This document shows positions 34,980-44,691 of a stretch of 64,000 nt of DNA, in pieces. Each line of letters begins with the position of its first letter. The stretch's first letter is position 1. The DNA lies in IMG/VR virus record IMGVR_UViG_3300013005_004049, positions 1-64,000 of that record. One strand, written 5' to 3'. The notes beneath the pieces were generated by a model. That model did no database searches. It saw only the letters and a program-made list of their open reading frames with translations, and was not told where the DNA came from. The DNA is from an uncultured virus (IMG/VR IMGVR_UViG_3300013005_004049) (Duplodnaviria; Heunggongvirae; Uroviricota; Caudoviricetes). Both the position numbers and the translations under genes were made by a program.

Positions 34980-37798
34980 AGCTTTACTGCATCCAAAACA
35001 AAGTTTTCAAACTCTCGGGCCAACTTGGTGTCAGCTGATTCACGAATGTATTTGCCTCCATACGCCCGAGTTTGCTCGTTGGCCTGTGCCACACGCTGAT
35101 CAGCCTGTGTAGAGGCTCCAGGATTGTTGGATACCAATTCGCTTGGCCCTAGCTGTTTTTTTGGTACAGTATCTTGTGCGCCGCCTTTGCCTTTTGATCT
35201 TTTGCCTTTGGTGCGCTTGATGATTTCAGCTGGCTTTTCAGTGGTCTGGCCGGCAGAGGTGCCTCTAAATTGCTTTAGTTTTTCACGATAGACCGGTGGC
35301 GCAGCGCGAGACAACACACTCATTGCTGTGTCAATAATGGTTATAAGGTCATCGGCATACGCCATGCTAGTCATACGAGCCAACTGTGGTAGGATCATAT
35401 TGGTTGCACTAGCAATTTGACCATCACCTTGTGAACCACCTGTTGTAGTGCCACCCGGTGTACTGCCTTGCATTCCGCCTGAGGTTGTAGTGGTTGTTGT
35501 GCTACCACCTGCGCCTGCACCACCTGCTCCAGTGTCAGTACTACTCACGCCTGCAGACATGTCTGGTGCACCATTGGCAAAGAATCTCACATTGCCCCGA
35601 TCATCGCGATTGTATGGATCAATGGCGTCTGCTCCACCAGCTGCTCCACCAGCTGCTGCACCTGCTGCACCAGCTGCTGTTGCAGGAGCATCTAACTTAG
35701 GTGCTGGAAAATTAAGTTGTGTAAACAGTTGCTTGATAATCTCTGGTGGTACTTTTCTACCAACCAAGAACTTTGCCACTTCGTCGCTGTCTGTTGGTGA
35801 GTCTGCATCCTGCCAATGGCGTAATAAGCCATTTAGAGTTACCTTGGTAGTAGCTTCGCGCCATGAGTCTCCGGCCCAGTTGCCAAAACGCTTTAGGCCG
35901 CTTTCGATACCACGCATGAGCTTGCCGCCAAGTGGACCTTTGCCCTTGGTCTTGAACTTGCCTTCGGGATCAGCTGCCAAGTAAGGCATGGTGTTGCCTG
36001 CTGGAGCAGTTCCGGTGGCCAGCCCGCCTACATTGCCGCCTGTGAGTCCTGCCAATGGTCCAGCTGTGTTTGAAACATTGGTTGCGGATGTTCTGGCATT
36101 CTTTGCCATGGCTGCAGGATCATTGGCATTAGCAGGACGGCTGCGCACTGTACCGCCTTGTTGATCCTTTTGTAGATCAGCTGATGTTCTTTCTCCTCTA
36201 CCAGCCGCAAAAGAATCTACAGTACCTGGATCAGGTATGCCAGGTTCTGGCGTAGAGGCAGCGATGTCTGCTGCCGCGGCTGGGTTTGATTGTGCAAACT
36301 GTTGTGCTGTCATTTTTCCTTTAACAGGCGCAGGAGCAGCTCTACCAGCTTTTTCAGCAGCAGCTTTGGCGGCAGCATTTTGTGTAGCAGCCTGCGCGGC
36401 GCCAGCACGACCTGCGGCTTGCCCCATGGCATGACTGCGCTCACGGCCAATGTTGTAACGGCGTGCTTCGTCCATGGCAAATTCATGCAATCGTTCTAGA
36501 TTTGCAAACACTGTGCGAATGCCTGCTTCGTTCAATTGAACACTGCGTTTGTTGTCACGACCTAAACTTTCATTTAGTGCCCATTTACGAACTGTAGCCT
36601 GACGATCAACCAACATGCCAACAGGTGCAGTGATAATATCAAAGCCTTCTAGTATGTTACGACCTTTTTTGATCTTGACAGATTCTGTACGCACCATTCT
36701 GTTAGCAAAAGGGTCCTGTGCAGACGGCGTTGGAGTTTGAGCAGACGGAGCTGATGAGGCTGCTGTCTTGGCCTTGGCTGCGGCTGCATCAGCTGCTATT
36801 CTTTTAGCGGCCATGCCTTGGTCTGACCCCAACTGTCCTGCATCCATTTTGTTCTGGATGTTTTGAGCTGTCATGGCATTGTCGCCACTGTAAGGCCCTT
36901 TGTAGGCCGCAGCATCAATGTTCTTTGGCAATACAATTTGATCGCCGGGACTGAGAATATTAGGATTACCGCTAGGCCCAAACTTGCCAGGATTGAGCTT
37001 GGCCATAACATCTGGATCAACTTTGTACTTGGCACTAATGTCGCTGAGTGTGTCACCCTGTTTCACTGTGATAGTTTGTGTTTCGCCGCCAGGTGGTACC
37101 ACATTGTCTGGACCAGGTGGTACAACATTGTCAGGACCAGGTGGATTGGGCTTGAATGGGTTGTTAATATCGGGAATGTCAGTGTTGGCAATAACGTCGC
37201 CTGCTGCTGTTGCGGCCTTGACACCAAGAGCTGCGCCCACTGGCCGTGTGGCACGACCTGCTGCTGTGCTGAACTGTTCACCTTGCATCAAGCCATCAAT
37301 CATTTTGATTGCACCCAGGGCCAGCACAGGTGCTGCGCCGCTGGTAAGTAGACCAGTCAGCACCCCAGCTACACCCCAGAAAAACTTGCTGGTGGTAGGA
37401 TAACGCTGAGCAGTTTGTTTGTATGTGTCAAGAGCTCGCAGTACCCTGGAGCCTTCTGGGCTCTTGCCCATGCCCATGCTGGCTGCTTTTTTGAGTTCAT
37501 CAAACTTGGCATCAACACCTTGAACAACTGTGGTATCTTGCAGGGCTTTTCCCAGGCCTTTGATCTTGGCTCCTAGAGCTCCTGCTAGGTCGCCGGCCTT
37601 GCCCAGTATGTTACGATTTTTGTTACCGGCTGTCATTGCCTCTTCTGCACCCTTGAATAAATCGTGGATTTCGCTGCGATTGAGGGCCTTGCCTTCTGTG
37701 AGTTTATTAAGCTCACGCACCAATGCTACTGCTTCTTGGTATAGTGGGTGAGTCTGTATATCTAAATCGTTATTGTTTGTTAGGTGTTGAAGTTTCAC
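34976..37798 (-). CDS. 940-aa protein with TM segment, LysM domain and low-complexity tails; putative ejected virion protein
   Basis: FFWGVAGVLTGLLTSGAAPVLALG hydrophobic segment; TVKQGDTLSDISAKY...NILSPGDQIVLP is LysM. Confidence 0.7.
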   Translation of the reverse strand: MKLQHLTNNNDLDIQTHPLYQEAVALVRELNKLTEGKALNRSEIHDLFKGAEEAMTAGNKNRNILGKAGDLAGALGAKIKGLGKALQDTTVVQGVDAKFDELKKAASMGMGKSPEGSRVLRALDTYKQTAQRYPTTSKFFWGVAGVLTGLLTSGAAPVLALGAIKMIDGLMQGEQFSTAAGRATRPVGAALGVKAATAAGDVIANTDIPDINNPFKPNPPGPDNVVPPGPDNVVPPGGETQTITVKQGDTLSDISAKYKVDPDVMAKLNPGKFGPSGNPNILSPGDQIVLPKNIDAAAYKGPYSGDNAMTAQNIQNKMDAGQLGSDQGMAAKRIAADAAAAKAKTAASSAPSAQTPTPSAQDPFANRMVRTESVKIKKGRNILEGFDIITAPVGMLVDRQATVRKWALNESLGRDNKRSVQLNEAGIRTVFANLERLHEFAMDEARRYNIGRERSHAMGQAAGRAGAAQAATQNAAAKAAAEKAGRAAPAPVKGKMTAQQFAQSNPAAAADIAASTPEPGIPDPGTVDSFAAGRGERTSADLQKDQQGGTVRSRPANANDPAAMAKNARTSATNVSNTAGPLAGLTGGNVGGLATGTAPAGNTMPYLAADPEGKFKTKGKGPLGGKLMRGIESGLKRFGNWAGDSWREATTKVTLNGLLRHWQDADSPTDSDEVAKFLVGRKVPPEIIKQLFTQLNFPAPKLDAPATAAGAAGAAAGGAAGGADAIDPYNRDDRGNVRFFANGAPDMSAGVSSTDTGAGGAGAGGSTTTTTTSGGMQGSTPGGTTTGGSQGDGQIASATNMILPQLARMTSMAYADDLITIIDTAMSVLSRAAPPVYREKLKQFRGTSAGQTTEKPAEIIKRTKGKRSKGKGGAQDTVPKKQLGPSELVSNNPGASTQADQRVAQANEQTRAYGGKYIRESADTKLAREFENFVLDAVKL
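37089..37144. repeat. 24-bp coding tandem repeat (about 2.3 copies, PPGPDNVV)
   Basis: ccaggtggtac(c/a)acattgtc(t/a)gga repeated. Confidence 0.85.
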
Positions 37799-38036
37799 TG
37801 CGCATTCTCCGTATTCCCCTAATGAACTTGTTAGGGTCCTGCGCTCGAATGCTGTTCAACAGCCTGCGTTCTAGCTCAGAAGCCACTTCCTCATTATAGG
37901 ATTCTCTAATGGTATTAATAAGGTTAATGGCGCCTTGTATAACATGGTCAGCACGACTTTCCAGCACATTTTCTTTGTCCTTTTCGACAAAGTAGCTGTC
38001 TAGTTCTTCCAGTATACTACGGGTTTTTTTAAGCAC
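37770..38036 (-). CDS. Hypothetical late protein
   Basis: GTG start, GGAG RBS, TAAATA 38063-38058. Confidence 0.65.
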   Translation of the reverse strand: MLKKTRSILEELDSYFVEKDKENVLESRADHVIQGAINLINTIRESYNEEVASELERRLLNSIRAQDPNKFIRGIRRMRSETSTPNKQ

Positions 38037-38087
38037 CCCAAGACTCCATTTCTCTATTATTTATTGCAAGTGCGTTTAGAGTTTGGC

Positions 38088-39485
38088 TTATCTTGCCTGG
38101 GCTTTGATGCCAGCCAGCATGCTTTTTAACTTGTTTGAACCCAGTTCCGCTTGTGCTGAAGCAGTCGATTCAGCAGTGTCAGGCTCCACAGTGCTTTTGG
38201 TTTTGATTTGATTCATGATATTCAGTGCCTGTGGACGATGTGAATCCCCTTGTTGATCTTCGGGCAAGTCTGTGATACGCAAACTTTCCATATTGTATTC
38301 TAGATCAACCTTTTGGCCAACCCCACTGCTGCTACGAGTTTTCATTAACTGTATTTGATAGCGTCCGCGCTCTTTCATGGCTCTTGAAGTAAAGATACCA
38401 AACACATTATCTGCTGTGTTAATCTTACTGATACCACCAGAGATATGACTGTGGTCAAATTCAATTTCTTCCACAGCACTGCGATTCAACTGACTTGCAG
38501 TGATCAACAGTATGTTGAACTCTTTGGCCAAATTGCGTAGTTCTTCACTCACATACTTGTCTTTTACAAACAGATCGTTTGGTGATACCTTGGCACTCAC
38601 TGGCATGAGCAAGTCCAGATAGTCTACCATTATGTAGTCTGTTTTCATTCCGGTTTGCACTTGCAATTCTTTTAGATATGCACGAATGTCATTGATGTTG
38701 CTTTGTGCTGGCATGTATTTGATGCGCATTGCTCCGGCCTTTTTACCTACCAGCTTGATCTTCATTTCTACTGTGTCAATATCTTTGAAGATTTCACGAG
38801 TGCTCACATTGGCCAACATGCTATCTATGCGCATGGCACACAGGCCTTCACTGAGTTCTAGTGTTAGATACACACCATTGAGTCCTGCTAGTGACCAGTT
38901 ACACGCAATGTTTTGCATGAACAAGGATTTACCTGATCCAGACCCGCCTGCAAAGATGTTGAGTTCGCCTCGGTTCATGCCGCCAAACAGTTTCTTGTCC
39001 ATGGCAGGCCAGCCAGTACTGATTTGTCCGTTGCCTTCTCTGATGGCCATTAGTCGTCCACGAGGATCAGCAAAATAGTCAGTGCCCATGTCTTTGGTCA
39101 AACTAATCTGCACAGCATCTTTGATCAGTTTTTCCACAGGATTGAACTCGCCTTTTTCAATCAAATCTGCTGCTTTGAGGATGGCTCGTTCAAGTTCTTT
39201 TTGTTTGGTAAAACTTTCAAACTCTTCCATAAACCAATCAAAATGCCCGTCGCCTAGATCTGGAATGCTTCGTAGTTCAACCCCAGTGACTGCTCGCACC
39301 TGTTCTAATGTGGGTAGAGTTTTGTGTTTGTCTGAGTGTTCTTTGACAAACTTGGCCACACTTCTGAGACTGCGGTCAAAGTTTTCATCATTGTAGATGT
39401 TTTGCACACGCACAAAACTCTGTGCGTCATGCAGCATCATTTCAAGAAAGAGTTTTTGTATTTCTGTATTATATTCTTTAATCAT
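38088..39485 (-). CDS. DnaB-like (T4 gp41-type) replicative helicase
   Basis: STGW, GGSGSGKS, TLEL, VDYLDL, ASQLNR, KTR. Confidence 0.92.
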   Translation of the reverse strand: MIKEYNTEIQKLFLEMMLHDAQSFVRVQNIYNDENFDRSLRSVAKFVKEHSDKHKTLPTLEQVRAVTGVELRSIPDLGDGHFDWFMEEFESFTKQKELERAILKAADLIEKGEFNPVEKLIKDAVQISLTKDMGTDYFADPRGRLMAIREGNGQISTGWPAMDKKLFGGMNRGELNIFAGGSGSGKSLFMQNIACNWSLAGLNGVYLTLELSEGLCAMRIDSMLANVSTREIFKDIDTVEMKIKLVGKKAGAMRIKYMPAQSNINDIRAYLKELQVQTGMKTDYIMVDYLDLLMPVSAKVSPNDLFVKDKYVSEELRNLAKEFNILLITASQLNRSAVEEIEFDHSHISGGISKINTADNVFGIFTSRAMKERGRYQIQLMKTRSSSGVGQKVDLEYNMESLRITDLPEDQQGDSHRPQALNIMNQIKTKSTVEPDTAESTASAQAELGSNKLKSMLAGIKAQAR

Positions 39486-40348
39486 AATTGCCTACAAGTA
39501 TAACTGCAAACTGGCTGCGGATCAAATTGCATTTGCTCATCATACTGTCCCAACTGAGTCAACACTTGACTCAGCGTAGTGTTACTTATATTGTATGCTG
39601 CTGAGTCAGTGTGGAACTTGCTGCGATAATAGAATCTATGATCAGCTGCATAACAACATGGTGCGTATTGTCCACTTGCACTGATATAGTGTTGATTGCC
39701 CACAGAACACTTTGGTTGTATCAATCCTGCACCTCTATGCCATATTAAAGTTTGTGACTGCGGACGCAGAGGATCTGTTTCTGCAAAACGATTGCTGGGA
39801 TCTAGTTTTACATCGTGCATGCCTAGATCTTTGGCCATTTGTTGTATGGCAGGAATTTCGTGTTCATTGAAACTAAAAGGCACCACTTTCCACACAGCTC
39901 TAGCGTCAGAATTTGCAACTGACTGTATGCCTTGTGCAATGGTGCTCCAATCACTGTTCACACGATATTTTACACTACTGTCTGGCAAACCGTCGATACT
40001 AAATTCCACAATGTCAGCTGGTGTCAGCATGCCCACCCAGGACTCCCACCAGGCACGATCTCTGTAGCTGCCATTGGTAGTGAGTACAATACGGCCTTGA
40101 TTACTTTTTATAAACATTATCAAGTCACGCAGGTGTTCGTAGTAGATAGGATCTCCTGTGTTGCCGCAGATGCCCCAGGTAAGATTGGCAATGTCCACAT
40201 CCAAGAAACTTTTCAGTGCTGATAGATCAAGATCTTGATTGTGCCAGTTCTTTCTACCAAACTGCTGAATAAATTGAGTGCGTTCACAGGCAGAGCATGC
40301 TAACACACATCTGTTGGTGGGTTCTAAATGAAAGCCGGAGATTTTCAT
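39482..40348 (-). CDS. Radical SAM protein with SPASM/twitch-like C-terminus
   Basis: CVLACSAC (CxxxCxxC), GDP, TNG, FSIDG, PCC..CSYTC. Confidence 0.85.
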   Translation of the reverse strand: MKISGFHLEPTNRCVLACSACERTQFIQQFGRKNWHNQDLDLSALKSFLDVDIANLTWGICGNTGDPIYYEHLRDLIMFIKSNQGRIVLTTNGSYRDRAWWESWVGMLTPADIVEFSIDGLPDSSVKYRVNSDWSTIAQGIQSVANSDARAVWKVVPFSFNEHEIPAIQQMAKDLGMHDVKLDPSNRFAETDPLRPQSQTLIWHRGAGLIQPKCSVGNQHYISASGQYAPCCYAADHRFYYRSKFHTDSAAYNISNTTLSQVLTQLGQYDEQMQFDPQPVCSYTCRQL

Positions 40349-41436
40349 TGCTTGCTCTTTAGTTTAATTTTCACAGGATTTTTTTCTACTGCGTCAATGA
40401 TACTTTTGAGCACAAACAATTTGCCATACTTTTTAACTGCATCAGCCACATCCTTGCACTCGGGGTCTTCCCGCCAGATAGGAAAACTCACTGCCCAGCC
40501 ATATTCTATTGCACGGTTTACCAAAGCTTCTCCTGGCCACACTTCTTTACCACGCTTGTCCACATGACGATCAAAGTCAGGAACCACAATGATATCTCTG
40601 CCAAGATCTTCAATGATTTCTGCCTGTGTTTCGCTGATGTCATTGCTCAATGTAGCCACGCCGTCCACTGCCATGGCATCAAAGGGACCTTCAACCACCA
40701 ACACAAACTTGGCATTGGGTTGTTGCATGTTGGTATTGAAAACATAATTAGATTCGTAATTGCTGTGGTATTTTGGTTTCACATCAGGTGTCACTGCTCT
40801 AGCTGTGTAACCAATCAGTTGATCACGCCAGAAGAATGGTACAATCACACGCCGGTGTAGATTATAGCTGGTGTCCGCAGTGAGATAAAAGTCATACTTG
40901 TTTTGAATTCTTCGTTCATGCAAATACTCAGCTGCTTCTATCAACTGTTCGCCAGCAAGATTCAGTATCTGCGATTCTTGAACAAGTCCGTTTTTATCAT
41001 AGTCAACCTTGAGTCTAATCATAGTACATAGCTGTGCTATGCTTACACTTTCTTCAGGCAACGCACGAGGTTTGAAAGTGATGTCCACTGGTGGTGGCGC
41101 TGCATGGTCATCTGCAGGCATACTTTCTTTGAGTCGCAGAGCTTCCATGACCAGTCGTTGCACAGTGTTATCATCTGCGCCTAGCCATTTGAGTAGTTTA
41201 CGGAATTTGAATCCCAGTGGACGCCCTGGATAGAACCCTGTTTTGAATCCGCAGTTGAAGCAATGGTAACTCACACTTCCGTCGGCGTTGGGCAGCATTC
41301 CACCTCGTCCTCTGGTGTCAGCTGATTCGCCGTTGTGTGAGCAACACACAGCATTAAAACTAATCCAGCGAGAACTGTTCTTGCGCTTGGGCGGCAACAA
41401 GGACAATATTTCCTGCTGAACTAGATTATTATTCAT
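40345..41436 (-). CDS. DNA primase (zinc finger + TOPRIM, T4 gp61-type)
   Basis: CC..HCFNCG, YTAR, VEGPFDA, PDFD, KDVAD. Confidence 0.88.
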   Translation of the reverse strand: MNNNLVQQEILSLLPPKRKNSSRWISFNAVCCSHNGESADTRGRGGMLPNADGSVSYHCFNCGFKTGFYPGRPLGFKFRKLLKWLGADDNTVQRLVMEALRLKESMPADDHAAPPPVDITFKPRALPEESVSIAQLCTMIRLKVDYDKNGLVQESQILNLAGEQLIEAAEYLHERRIQNKYDFYLTADTSYNLHRRVIVPFFWRDQLIGYTARAVTPDVKPKYHSNYESNYVFNTNMQQPNAKFVLVVEGPFDAMAVDGVATLSNDISETQAEIIEDLGRDIIVVPDFDRHVDKRGKEVWPGEALVNRAIEYGWAVSFPIWREDPECKDVADAVKKYGKLFVLKSIIDAVEKNPVKIKLKSKQ

Positions 41437-41520
41437 CATGCAATTGTAACATCAGTGTAAAGAAAAATCAAACTCGTTTTTTTGGCGCTAAATAACTTGA
41501 GCCAAAAATTGGATTAAACA

Positions 41521-41895
41521 GTGGACGACCAGTTAAAAGAATTTATCAAAAAATATCCTTTTATAAGCTATGTGGTGTATGGTGGCAATGAATACATTGG
41601 CATTATACAAAATGTGGATGATATTCTAACCACCGTGTATGATTTTGGTAGCCTGCGCACAGAACAAGAAAAAGCATTGTTTCTTAATCTAGGCGACCAA
41701 TGGTGGTGGGAAAGCAATCGTACCATTCCTATCAATGTGTTTCTGAGGCAGGACTGGGTACCTTTTAGATACTCACTGAAAACCATGAACAGCCGTGATG
41801 TGGTAATCAAATTTGGCCCTTATATAAGTCTCAAAGAGATAGCCGCCAAGAAAACCAAACGCCGTTCAATTGTGTTGGTTCGCAAAACTGATTAG
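41521..41895 (+). CDS. Hypothetical late protein, divergent from primase
   Basis: TAAATA 41489-41494; WWWESNRTIPIN. Confidence 0.65.
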   Translation: MDDQLKEFIKKYPFISYVVYGGNEYIGIIQNVDDILTTVYDFGSLRTEQEKALFLNLGDQWWWESNRTIPINVFLRQDWVPFRYSLKTMNSRDVVIKFGPYISLKEIAAKKTKRRSIVLVRKTD

Positions 41896-42456
41896 ATTCA
41901 TATTCACCACAACCAAGTGCGCATAGGCAACTGCGTGACTTTTCTTGAAATAGTATGCACCGTCGTCGGGTCGTGTCCAAACATGTTTGGCAACTTCGCT
42001 CCAGGCCATGCCGGTTAGATTTCTTTTGGCAGGTCTAATCACACTCAAAAACATAGCCAACCTAGGAATAGTATCCACAGGTTCTGGCATACGCTTCAAC
42101 AAGTCCCAGTGATTGTTCACATGAATAAGTTGTTCAAAAAACGCCTTATCAGTGTTAAAACGCTGCCAGTTGGGGGTAGAATTCATTAATTCTACCAGGT
42201 GTGCTTCGTCTTGCACCTGACGGTACAAGTTTACATTGATAAAATCAAGTTTGAGATATCCACGATCTTCAGCCTGTTCATAATCTAGACTGGCCAGTCC
42301 TGTGAACGGATCTGCAGGAATCATGGTAGGATGCACACCTGTGTTGTGTGCAGACAGTGCATCGTTGCGACGCAAGCTGGCAGGTGTGTGTTTGATCAAT
42401 TGCAGTATTTGTTCGCGGTCTGCAAAGTCAATGTCAATATCTGATTGGAACTTCAT
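41866..42456 (-). CDS. Minimal DnaE (family C polymerase)-like protein
   Basis: SDIDIDF, HNTGV, GYLKLDFI, IRP, YFKKSHAVAYA, all in 196 aa. Confidence 0.8.
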   Translation of the reverse strand: MKFQSDIDIDFADREQILQLIKHTPASLRRNDALSAHNTGVHPTMIPADPFTGLASLDYEQAEDRGYLKLDFINVNLYRQVQDEAHLVELMNSTPNWQRFNTDKAFFEQLIHVNNHWDLLKRMPEPVDTIPRLAMFLSVIRPAKRNLTGMAWSEVAKHVWTRPDDGAYYFKKSHAVAYAHLVVVNMNLISFANQHN

Positions 42457-43154
42457 AGCCCTGCCTCCCCAAGTACATGTTTACACCACTCTGCGTCTGC
42501 CATGTAGTCTTGTAGCTTGCGATTCCAATAATCAGGATCAATCCAAGGCAGAACAACAGCCAAAAGACTTTGGTCAAGACTGCCAAGAAAATCAACGCCA
42601 CTAGCGCAATTAAACAATAGCCAAGGACTAATCCTACCGGTAGTAACATGGTGACAAACACGACTAGCATTAGCATAGCGAAAGTAATCACAAAACCCGT
42701 TTTTAAGATCTGGATGAGTGTCTGCATAGTTTTGCATTTCTTTTAGGCCGCGCTCAAGTGCGTCTTGCACATTCTCTTTGCGCAGATACTGCATGAGCCA
42801 TTCTTCATAGAAACTGTCCTTGCACCAATGATCCAATTTCTTGTTTTGCTTCAACAACCATTCCAGATAGTCTATGGAATTTATTGCACGAACACCAACC
42901 AGATGCCGGCCAAATTTAACAAATGCACCATAGTATGGACTGGTTACAAAATCCTCATAACTTTTTAGTCGAGCACTGCCCTGTGTGACTTCATAAAAGC
43001 GCAGATAAGAACGAAGTCCCAGTTGCACTCCTGCTTCTTTTTCCTGCTGCCAGCGTCTTTTTTGCTCGCAGAGATGTGCTGCAAGTGTAGACTCCTTGCG
43101 GAATTCTGTGTTGCAATACCGACATTTATAACTCTGCTTTGATTCGTTTGTCAT
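42453..43154 (-). CDS. Zinc-finger (CxxC...H.C) replication-module protein
   Basis: YKCRYCNTEFRKESTLAAHLC; GRISPW. Confidence 0.65.
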   Translation of the reverse strand: MTNESKQSYKCRYCNTEFRKESTLAAHLCEQKRRWQQEKEAGVQLGLRSYLRFYEVTQGSARLKSYEDFVTSPYYGAFVKFGRHLVGVRAINSIDYLEWLLKQNKKLDHWCKDSFYEEWLMQYLRKENVQDALERGLKEMQNYADTHPDLKNGFCDYFRYANASRVCHHVTTGRISPWLLFNCASGVDFLGSLDQSLLAVVLPWIDPDYWNRKLQDYMADAEWCKHVLGEAGL

Positions 43155-43593
43155 CCCAACCCAACTCCCGGGCTTTTTTGATAAGGTCTTGTTTGTTGTT
43201 GAGCTTGGCCATGAGTTCAATTTCATCTCTCTTGAGGTGTGGATACAATGCAGCAAGAAACTTCAGATGTTTGTTTTCATAACCTGAATTCTTTTTCTTG
43301 TTTGCAATCCACTGATGTTTGAATGTACCAATGCCTGGGCTCACTGCTGTGGCGCACAGCCATTGTAACTTAGGGTGTTTGGCTATGTCAAAAAAATTCT
43401 TGTTGAGATTTTGATTACAGCTCATCACATAGTAGGCTTGAATATTGCCAGCGGCCTGCACCTGACTGCTCCAACGCAGCATGAGATATGTGCTGAATTT
43501 TTTGCGTTCTTCGTCAGTGAGCTCGTCATAGAACAGAGTGTTCTTACGATCCAACTGTGCCATTTCGTTATTGATATTCAGTTTGTCGCTCAT
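43126..43593 (-). CDS. Putative clamp-loader small subunit (gp62-like)
   Basis: STYLMLRWSS..N..HPKLQW..KHQWI pattern and replication context. Confidence 0.45.
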   Translation of the reverse strand: MSDKLNINNEMAQLDRKNTLFYDELTDEERKKFSTYLMLRWSSQVQAAGNIQAYYVMSCNQNLNKNFFDIAKHPKLQWLCATAVSPGIGTFKHQWIANKKKNSGYENKHLKFLAALYPHLKRDEIELMAKLNNKQDLIKKARELGWDDKRIKAEL

Positions 43594-43805
43594 GTTTTAC
43601 TCAACCTATACACTATTTTAACACGATCAAGTGCATCTTGCAAGGCAGGATTATACGGTGCACGAAACATTGCGTCAATTATCTCTGGGAGATCATATAA
43701 ACTTTCGGCATGTACCATTTCTCTAAGATCTGGATTCTTGATCCATACTTCGTGTTCATCCTCACCGTGATGAATATTGATTGTGGTAAAATCTTTGATG
43801 ATCAT
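43590..43805 (-). CDS. Hypothetical protein
   Basis: Coupled ORF. Confidence 0.6.
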   Translation of the reverse strand: MIIKDFTTINIHHGEDEHEVWIKNPDLREMVHAESLYDLPEIIDAMFRAPYNPALQDALDRVKIVYRLSKT

Positions 43806-44149
43806 CAGTGATTCCGTTTGCCATCAAACACACAATTAAATATCAAATGCATTTCCCCGTCATTGATTACTCGATGAAATGCACCGTCTGGGATAAGAAC
43901 AATATCACCTGACTTTACATCAAAAGGTTCGTCTGTTTCGTTGCCCACAATCATTTTACCATAGCCCTGCACAAACAAGTATACTTCCTCTTGACCCGCA
44001 TGTCTATGACCTCTGGTGCTTTGTCCCCGGTAAAGTTTTGTCGAACTTAGCACCAGATTGTTCAATGTTTTGTTGTCTTTGAGCAAGTAGGTTTCGTTGT
44101 CTTTGACAACTTCGCCGCCCACATCATGAATGTTATATCTCAAGTTCAT
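43805..44149 (-). CDS. Cupin-domain protein
   Basis: GHRHAGQEEVY, GDIVLIPDGAFHRV. Confidence 0.88.
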   Translation of the reverse strand: MNLRYNIHDVGGEVVKDNETYLLKDNKTLNNLVLSSTKLYRGQSTRGHRHAGQEEVYLFVQGYGKMIVGNETDEPFDVKSGDIVLIPDGAFHRVINDGEMHLIFNCVFDGKRNH

Positions 44150-44691
44150 AGCAGTTCCTTGGCTTTGTCATCTATGTAGTATTGGCATCTTTGTTCAAGA
44201 TCAAAATTTGTAATGACAGCATGGTGCAAAGGTAATCTTGGCATTTGATCTCTAGGTCTGGCACTAGAGTGATTATGGAAAAATCCATGTCCAAAATAAA
44301 CCTTGGGCTGCGGCAGGCGTTGGGCCACTGAGTGTAATAACACATGATGCACATGTTTGTATTCGCCAATGGCATTATGAGTCAGTACTAGATCAAATTG
44401 CACTCCTGTGTCGATCAATTTACTCAACACTGCAACTTCATCATTTTGATTGCTCAACGGCACCTTGTCCTGAAAGCCCAAAAAACATGTGGTGATATTT
44501 TGCTGACGCCAGTAACTGGCAATCTCTTGTGCCCTGTCACTGTTTTCGTCGTAGGTAAGATACACAATGGTCCAATCCAGTTGTTTTTGTTCTAGCAAAA
44601 ATGCCTGAGCAAATATCACACAATCGTCAGGATGCGCCACAAGGCACAATCCTTTTTTACTTTTACCTTTGATCCAATTAAACATTACCAA
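44146..44691 (-). CDS. PIG-L/LmbE-like deacetylase
   Basis: VAHPDD, LTHN..GEYKHVHH. Confidence 0.7.
   Translation of the reverse strand: MVMFNWIKGKSKKGLCLVAHPDDCVIFAQAFLLEQKQLDWTIVYLTYDENSDRAQEIASYWRQQNITTCFLGFQDKVPLSNQNDEVAVLSKLIDTGVQFDLVLTHNAIGEYKHVHHVLLHSVAQRLPQPKVYFGHGFFHNHSSARPRDQMPRLPLHHAVITNFDLEQRCQYYIDDKAKELL

Noticed and set aside
35448..37751. Long plus-strand ORFs opposite the 940-aa gene, and similar antisense ORFs throughout the window
   Set aside because: Stop-poor reverse frames of real minus-strand genes; no recognisable motifs or expression signals
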